Origin: Poseidonia sp.
Lineage (GTDB): Archaea > Thermoplasmatota > Poseidoniia > Poseidoniales > Poseidoniaceae
Assembly: GCA_016779705.1 (NCBI GenBank)
Contig: JADHNB010000001.1
Span: forward strand, 1,434-65,433
Direction: 5' to 3'
DNA length: 64,000 bases
Shown here piece after piece: positions 58,834 through 64,000 of this stretch. Numbering within the stretch: the stretch's first letter is position 1; every line of letters begins with the position of its first letter. Below the pieces are notes generated by a model that searched no databases, was not told the DNA's origin, and saw only the letters and a program-made list of their open reading frames with translations. A program made the position numbers and the translations under genes.

Positions 58834-60003
58834 ATGGTGGATGTGGCTCGTCACGCCCGACACATCTCGCTGCCCGAGGTGGGGGTTGAGGGGCAGCAGC
58901 GCCTCCAAGCGGCGAGCGTCCTCATCGTCGGAGCCGGCGGGCTGGGGTCGCCCGCTGCCCTCTACCTCGCCGCAGCCGGCGTCGGGCGCCTTGGTTTGGT
59001 GGACAACGACGCCGTGGAGTTGAGCAACCTTCAGCGTCAAATTCTACACACGACCAACGATGTTGGAACGCCCAAGGTCGATTCCGCCAAAGCGACGCTA
59101 GCCGCCCTCGATGATTCGGTTGAAGTGGTGACCTACGCCACCCGATTGCACCCCGGAAACGCCATGCAGCTCATGAAGGGATGGGACCTCGTCATCGACG
59201 GAACCGACAACCTTCCCACCCGTTACCTCGTGGACGATGCGTGTTCCCTTCTCGGCTTGCCTTGGGTCTACGGGTCGGTCTTTCGCTTCGAAGGTCAAGT
59301 GAGCCTGTTCAATCATCAAGGTGGACCGTGCTATCGGGATTTGTTTCCCGAACCCCCTCCGCCTGAAGCCGTTCCTTCGTGTTCGGAGGCGGGTGTGTTT
59401 GGCGTTCTGCCCGGATTGGTAGGGGTCCTGCAGGCAACGGAAGCGATCAAAGTTCTGCTTGGGTTTGAGGCGTCCTTGAGCGGTGTGCTGTTGCTGTACG
59501 ACGCAAAAACCATGGCGTTCGACCGGCTCAGGTTTGAAGCCGACCCCGCTCGCCCGCCGGTGACGTCCCTCGATCACGCTGCTGGGTTGCTCAGCGACGA
59601 GGCTTGGTGCATGACGGGCGATGGCGTGGGCATTCCATCGGAACAACAAAAATCCCCGGACCAACGCCTTCCAACCATGTTTCACCAGATTTCCATGACC
59701 GAAGTCCTCCAGCGCCGCAACGAAGGATGGGCTCCGTTCATTCTTGACGTGCGCGGCGATCACGAATACGCTCAGGTTCGATTGCGAGATTGCAACCTCC
59801 AAATCCCTCACAGCGAGGTCCTAGCGGTGCTTGAGGAACTGCCCAAGGACACGGACATCCTCCTGCATTGCAAAGGAGGGATGCGCTCGCAAATGGCCGC
59901 CATGACCTTGATGAACGCGGGTTGGGACGCTGACCGCCTGTACAACTTGCAAGGTGGCCTCATGGCGTGGCACGCAGCGAGTCCCGAAGACCTCGTCAAC
60001 TAG
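58834..60003 (+). CDS. moeB: E1-like adenylyltransferase (MoeB/ThiF/MoeZ/UbaA family) fused to C-terminal rhodanese domain
   Basis: LIVGAGGLGSPAALYLAAAGVGRLGLVDNDAVELSNLQRQ, CxxC pair region, and rhodanese active-site loop LLHCKGGMRSQ. Confidence 0.8.
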   Translation: MVDVARHARHISLPEVGVEGQQRLQAASVLIVGAGGLGSPAALYLAAAGVGRLGLVDNDAVELSNLQRQILHTTNDVGTPKVDSAKATLAALDDSVEVVTYATRLHPGNAMQLMKGWDLVIDGTDNLPTRYLVDDACSLLGLPWVYGSVFRFEGQVSLFNHQGGPCYRDLFPEPPPPEAVPSCSEAGVFGVLPGLVGVLQATEAIKVLLGFEASLSGVLLLYDAKTMAFDRLRFEADPARPPVTSLDHAAGLLSDEAWCMTGDGVGIPSEQQKSPDQRLPTMFHQISMTEVLQRRNEGWAPFILDVRGDHEYAQVRLRDCNLQIPHSEVLAVLEELPKDTDILLHCKGGMRSQMAAMTLMNAGWDADRLYNLQGGLMAWHAASPEDLVN

Positions 60004-60138
60004 TTGCAGACGTTCGAAGGCGAGGACACAGAAACAGGAGCCATCGCCCCCTTGCCTTTGTCCTGAAACCCCGTCGCGTCTCGTGGGTTGCAGGGTGAGG
60101 TTGATAGCGATTCACACCCTGCTGGGTCCGCGGAGGGG

Positions 60139-61233
60139 ATGAAGACGGCCAGCATCATCATCGCCGACGAAAACGAAGGGCGGCGAAATCTCCTCGCCAA
60201 CACCTTCGAGCGTGAGGGCTTCGAGGTCACCCGCCTCAGCACGCTTGGTCAAGCCGAAGCCACCGCCGTGGCCGTTCGCCCCGATGTGCTCTTGATGGAG
60301 GGTGAGTGGAGTCAAGGCAGTGTATTGGACAGTTGCCAGTCCATGTCGAGCCAACCTAACTTCCGTTCTGCGACTCGCGTGGTCGTGCTTTCCCGAACCA
60401 CAGCCCCTGATTTTTTGGCCTCCGCAGCCATGGCGGGGATTGCCGAAGTCATCGGAAAACCCGTTGACATGAACCAGTTGGTGGCGCAGGTCCAACGCCA
60501 TGCGTCCAAGCAATTTGTACCTCCGCCTGCGGATGTCAGTGCTCCGGCATCGGGCGGCTTCTCAGGCCAACGGTTTGATGTTGGGATGACCATGAACGAC
60601 AGCCAATGGGCGCTGCCGATGCTCCGCCGACTGGTTGAGTCGGGCAACGTTGACGATGATTTTGTGGCATCAATTCTGGACGACATGCCGTCCTCCGAAG
60701 GCGAGGACGAGGGCCTTGCCTTCGTCTCGTCGTCCTCCATGGCGGAGATGCTCCGATTGGCCCTCAACCGATTGGTGGGCGCCACGCCTGGCGACGGGAC
60801 ACACGTGCCGTCGGGAAATCCACCGGATGGTGGAGGGCCCTCAAGCGCCCCGTCGTTCAAGAATTTGAACAAAGGGGCGACGCTCGGCGAAGGGGCGACC
60901 TCCTCGCTTTCTGGTGGCATGAAAAGTTCCATGGAAGACATCTTGGAACGCCAAGCCGAGGACATCGCCAACCAAGTCGAGCGTGAGATGGACGATATCC
61001 TCTCGGAAGAACCCGACTACGTCTCGCTGTTGGAGCGTGAAGACCAGGTCCCGGTCGACCCGGAAACCCTGACCTTGACACGACTTTCGACCCAACTGTT
61101 TCTCGAATTGATGGAGGCGCTTCAGCGTCCAGGAGCGCTCTCCGATTTGACGTTGCTGACCCAAATTGAGGACGCCAACCGTATGGCCATTGATGTCCTT
61201 GAGGCCCTCCCTGCTGTGGAGGAAGAGGAGTGA
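60139..61233 (+). CDS. Receiver-domain-like protein with Glu in place of the phospho-accepting Asp, plus long acidic disordered C-terminus
   Basis: IIIADENEG (acidic pocket), PDVLLMEGEW (D->E at phosphorylation position), VVVLS, IGKPVD (conserved Lys-Pro). Remainder low-complexity acidic. Confidence 0.5.
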   Translation: MKTASIIIADENEGRRNLLANTFEREGFEVTRLSTLGQAEATAVAVRPDVLLMEGEWSQGSVLDSCQSMSSQPNFRSATRVVVLSRTTAPDFLASAAMAGIAEVIGKPVDMNQLVAQVQRHASKQFVPPPADVSAPASGGFSGQRFDVGMTMNDSQWALPMLRRLVESGNVDDDFVASILDDMPSSEGEDEGLAFVSSSSMAEMLRLALNRLVGATPGDGTHVPSGNPPDGGGPSSAPSFKNLNKGATLGEGATSSLSGGMKSSMEDILERQAEDIANQVEREMDDILSEEPDYVSLLEREDQVPVDPETLTLTRLSTQLFLELMEALQRPGALSDLTLLTQIEDANRMAIDVLEALPAVEEEE

Positions 61234-62522
61234 GCGATTCGCCTCAACCCCATCAACGCGTCTTTTTCGCCCTCGTGTTCGCCTTCTTTGTCAATTTCTT
61301 GGGCTATGCGTTCATCGTCCCCATCCTTCCTTCTTGGCAAACTCAATTTGCGTTGAACGCCACACAAGCCACCCTCCTCGTCTCCCTTTGGGCTGTGCCC
61401 CTGTTTTTCTTTGGACCGCTGACCGGTCGCATCACCGATCGCTTCGGGGCGGGCAGAACCGTTTTGGTCAGTTTGGTGTTGCTGACCGGCTCAAGTTGCC
61501 TGTACATCGTGGCCACCAACGAATGGTTTTCTCGGCCGTTCCTCTTGCTCGCTGTGGCTCGCTTGATTCACGGGGCGTCAGGAGCGACCATCATGACCGC
61601 GGGGTTGGCGGCCGCTTCACAACGCTGGCCGACTCGGTTTGGGGAGCAAGCTGGGAAATTGTTGGGCGTGGCGGCCATCGGTGGGTTGTTCGGGCCCGTC
61701 CTCGGAGGGCTGCTGTTCACGTGGGGTGAGGGCATGGCGTTCATGGTGTTGGCTGGAGTGACCTTCGCGGTCGTTCCCGTCGTCTTTTTCGCCGCCAACG
61801 AAATTGGCGGCCCTTCGAAAGGCATCTCAGGCACGGTGTCCATCGGGGTGTTTTTCACCGACCCCATTCTCTTCCGTGTGGGCGTGTTGCTTGCCATCAC
61901 CACGGTGGCAACGGGGGCTTTGGAAGCCGGTGTTCCGTTGTTTTTGGCCGATACGCTGGGCTTCAGTTCGGCCCAGATTGGGGGTGTGTTGTTGGTGATG
62001 GTCTTGATGCAGGGCATTGGCTCGGTGGTCTGGGGGCGGCTGGTCGACCGAAAAGGACCGACCCGATACATGCTCGTCGGCTGGAGCGTGGTTGTCCTCT
62101 CCCTCATGGGCGTAGGGGCTTCAGGGGCTTTGTTTTCCGGGGATGTGGCGGTTTTGGTGATGATTTGCTTGCTCGGAGCGTTCCAGTTCTCCATCGCTGC
62201 GGCGCAGATTCCAATGTTGCCCATGATCGACACGGCGACCACTCGGGCCCTGGGCGAAGGGAACCCCGGGCTGGCGTTCGGCGCCTTTGGTGCCGCTTGG
62301 GCAGCGGGGACAATTCTGGGGCCGCTGTTGGTTGGTCCCGTGTTTGACCTGTTTGACTCGTGGTCCATTGCGCTCGGGGGTTTGGCCGTTCCGGCGCTGG
62401 CTGCATTGATTCTCACGTGGTCCAACCGGGACGACCTCAGGGAGTGTTACGATGAGGAAATCTCGAAACGTCACGGTGGCTCCTCCTCAGCCACCTCCCT
62501 CTTCGAACGAGAAGAGCATTGA
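61230..62522 (+). CDS. Major facilitator superfamily transporter
   Basis: Twelve hydrophobic helices in 6+6 arrangement, GxLxDRxGxxR-like motif (GPLTGRITDRFGAGR) between TM2 and TM3. Confidence 0.75.
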   Translation: MSDSPQPHQRVFFALVFAFFVNFLGYAFIVPILPSWQTQFALNATQATLLVSLWAVPLFFFGPLTGRITDRFGAGRTVLVSLVLLTGSSCLYIVATNEWFSRPFLLLAVARLIHGASGATIMTAGLAAASQRWPTRFGEQAGKLLGVAAIGGLFGPVLGGLLFTWGEGMAFMVLAGVTFAVVPVVFFAANEIGGPSKGISGTVSIGVFFTDPILFRVGVLLAITTVATGALEAGVPLFLADTLGFSSAQIGGVLLVMVLMQGIGSVVWGRLVDRKGPTRYMLVGWSVVVLSLMGVGASGALFSGDVAVLVMICLLGAFQFSIAAAQIPMLPMIDTATTRALGEGNPGLAFGAFGAAWAAGTILGPLLVGPVFDLFDSWSIALGGLAVPALAALILTWSNRDDLRECYDEEISKRHGGSSSATSLFEREEH

Positions 62523-62557
62523 AACCACCCATCTCCTGCGGGAGGCGAGGGCAGACC

Positions 62558-64000
62558 ATGACGCAGGGTGACCTTCCGAGAATTTTTGGAGAACATTGGC
62601 GTCCTCAACAACCGTTGAACTTTGTTCAGCCGCTCCCTCAAGACGCCGCCCGAAGCGAAGTGCTCTCCTTTGTTGCCCAACGGCACGACGCCCATTTGTT
62701 TCTCGTGGCCAACGTTTGGGACCACATGGTGGATTCCGAACCGGAAACGTTCGAAGGGCCTTCGTGGTTGGCCTTCTCCACAAGGTTTGTTGAGGGATTG
62801 GAACGGGGTCTCAAGAAACAAATGGAAACCACAATGGGGGAGGCGTTGGAACACGAAGTGATTCCTCGACGGAGCATGGCGTTGTTGTTGGAACGGCGTC
62901 GTGCACATTTTCTCATCGATATGCGCCTCATGATGCGTCGCTTGGCCCACTACATGGCCATCACCATGAACCAGCGTATGGAATGGCAGCGGACCATGAC
63001 TCGCACACGGTGTCTTGATTCCGCCTTGAAGGACCTGTTCATCGAGGGCGTTGAAACACCCGATGGGAGCCGTTTTGGCGGCAAAGGGTTCCGTTCAACC
63101 TGGCAGGAAGGCGTCGTTGCCGTCGCCACGGCGCTCCAACGACAACCCGGCGCTCCACGAGACGCTCGTCCGGGCGCGGGGTACGAGGGCGATTTGGTGG
63201 CCCCGATGATTCGAGACATTGGTTTGGGGTTGGCCATGGGCGATACGCCGCTGGACGTGATGGCGGCCAACCTCGGCAAGGTTGGCTCCAATCAAAACGG
63301 CGGTTGGGAGGATGCAGGCGGTCGAGATTTGCACGTGGGTGCTTGGCACGTGGGCGTCTTGCCACCCACGGCTCCGCTCCCCATCGCCAGTGCCACGATG
63401 ACGGGGCTTGCCTTTGCTGCTTGGCGTCAAGGGCTCAAGCGATTCCACGTGGCCTGCATCGGCGAGGGCTCGTCATCCAGCGGTGAATTTTGGGAAGCCA
63501 TGAATTTCGCCGGCGTTCGTGGACTGCCCATCACCTACATTCTCCAAAACAACCAAATCGCGCTTGATACGCCGCCGGTCAATCAATCGGGCGTTGAACT
63601 TTGGGCCGACAAGGCGCAGGCCATGGGCTTCCCCTCGTGGACCATCGATGGGTCAGATCCGGCGGCATGGCACGCCTCCACCGCCGTCGCTCGAGAATTT
63701 GCCATGAACGGTGGTGGGCCCACCCTCATTCATGTTGAAACGATGCGCGGCTGCGGTCACGCCCACCATCACGACGACCTGTACCTCGGTAACCCGAGCG
63801 GCACCCCAGCGGGTTACGTGGACCGTGACTTGCTCGCGTATTGGGAAGCAAAAGATCCTCTCCCCACCCACCGGTCCTTGTTGATTGAGCTGGGTGCCGA
63901 TGCATCGGCGTTGGCGGCCATGGAGGCCGAAGAGCAAACCTTGGTTGATGAGGCCCGGGCCGAGGTGTTGGCCATGGCGTGGCCTGAGCCGGAAACCGTG
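62558..64000 (+). CDS. Thiamine-diphosphate-dependent 2-oxoacid dehydrogenase E1 component alpha subunit, 3'-partial (runs off the window). Not in the supplied ORF track because no stop is reached. N-terminal about 140 aa may be an extension or a mis-set start.
   Basis: Own translation of frame 2: ...CIGEGSSSSGEFWEAMNFAGVRGLPITYILQNNQIALDTP (TPP motif GDG-x25-NN), upstream RDIG..AMGDTPLDVMAANLGKVGSNQNGGWEDAGGRDLHVG. No stop codon from 62558 to 64000. Confidence 0.6.
   Translation, partial: MTQGDLPRIFGEHWRPQQPLNFVQPLPQDAARSEVLSFVAQRHDAHLFLVANVWDHMVDSEPETFEGPSWLAFSTRFVEGLERGLKKQMETTMGEALEHEVIPRRSMALLLERRRAHFLIDMRLMMRRLAHYMAITMNQRMEWQRTMTRTRCLDSALKDLFIEGVETPDGSRFGGKGFRSTWQEGVVAVATALQRQPGAPRDARPGAGYEGDLVAPMIRDIGLGLAMGDTPLDVMAANLGKVGSNQNGGWEDAGGRDLHVGAWHVGVLPPTAPLPIASATMTGLAFAAWRQGLKRFHVACIGEGSSSSGEFWEAMNFAGVRGLPITYILQNNQIALDTPPVNQSGVELWADKAQAMGFPSWTIDGSDPAAWHASTAVAREFAMNGGGPTLIHVETMRGCGHAHHHDDLYLGNPSGTPAGYVDRDLLAYWEAKDPLPTHRSLLIELGADASALAAMEAEEQTLVDEARAEVLAMAWPEPETV

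Noticed and set aside
62471-62950. 159-aa minus-strand ORF at the 3' end
   Set aside because: Lies antisense to the stop-free frame encoding a clear TPP-dependent E1-alpha subunit.
1-64000. CRISPR arrays, integrases, transposases, rRNA genes
   Set aside because: No short direct-repeat/spacer periodicity, no tyrosine/serine recombinase or DDE transposase motifs, no rRNA-like conserved stretches were recognised anywhere in the window.

Overview
The window is a high-GC (~60%) chromosomal segment that is most likely archaeal. Two tRNAs support this: tRNA-Gln(CUG) has no encoded CCA and the AGUCCC 5' end typical of euryarchaea, and tRNA-Phe(GAA) has G37 in the anticodon loop (bacteria have A37). 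The candidate promoters are TATA-box-like and largely leaderless, and TrmB and RibL are typically archaeal proteins. The segment is nevertheless full of bacterial-type genes: metF-metH, crtI-crtB, ubiB, rph, ribA, bacterial riboflavin synthase, gpsA, thiolase II and phnDCE. This mix, together with a photolyase, an M29/M32 peptidase pair and giant adhesin-like surface proteins, is what has been described for Marine Group II/III Thermoplasmatota (Poseidoniales). That placement is an inference and not established from sequence alone. Gene density is high. Many adjacent genes overlap by 4 nt (ATGA), indicating operons. Main blocks are: (1) GT4 glycosyltransferase, BNR lipoprotein, metF-metH; (2) a photoprotection/redox island on two divergent strands: ribA-bcp-trmB-ubiB-crtI-crtB on the minus strand and nudix, class II CPD photolyase, SRPBCC-epimerase on the plus strand; (3) a 13.5-kb cell-surface locus that is the most unusual part. 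It encodes an 838-aa protein with thrombospondin-type-3-like Ca-binding repeats, a glycoprotein, a DUF4105-like protein and a 2168-aa giant protein combining an FG-GAP beta-propeller with about 25 TSP3-like repeats, a TM anchor and an acidic/Pro-Gly tail. Immediately after it comes an acidic protein with two EF-hands, a Q/P-rich repeat and a Zn-ribbon; (4) peptidases, pyrC-like, moaB, a 707-aa membrane protein, tRNA-Phe, rph, thiolase; (5) rqcH/NEMF homolog, qor, Nudix-MBL fusion, tRNA-Gln, phnDCE-like transporter, gpsA, endonuclease-IV-like protein; (6) a mosaic riboflavin operon ribB-ribL-ribE(bacterial type)-ribH; (7) trxB, moeB-rhodanese, a pseudo-receiver (D->E), MFS transporter and a 3'-truncated 2-oxoacid dehydrogenase E1-alpha gene running off the window. 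No CRISPR array, rRNA, integrase or transposase was recognised. Many long antisense ORFs in the GC-rich repeat genes are judged spurious.
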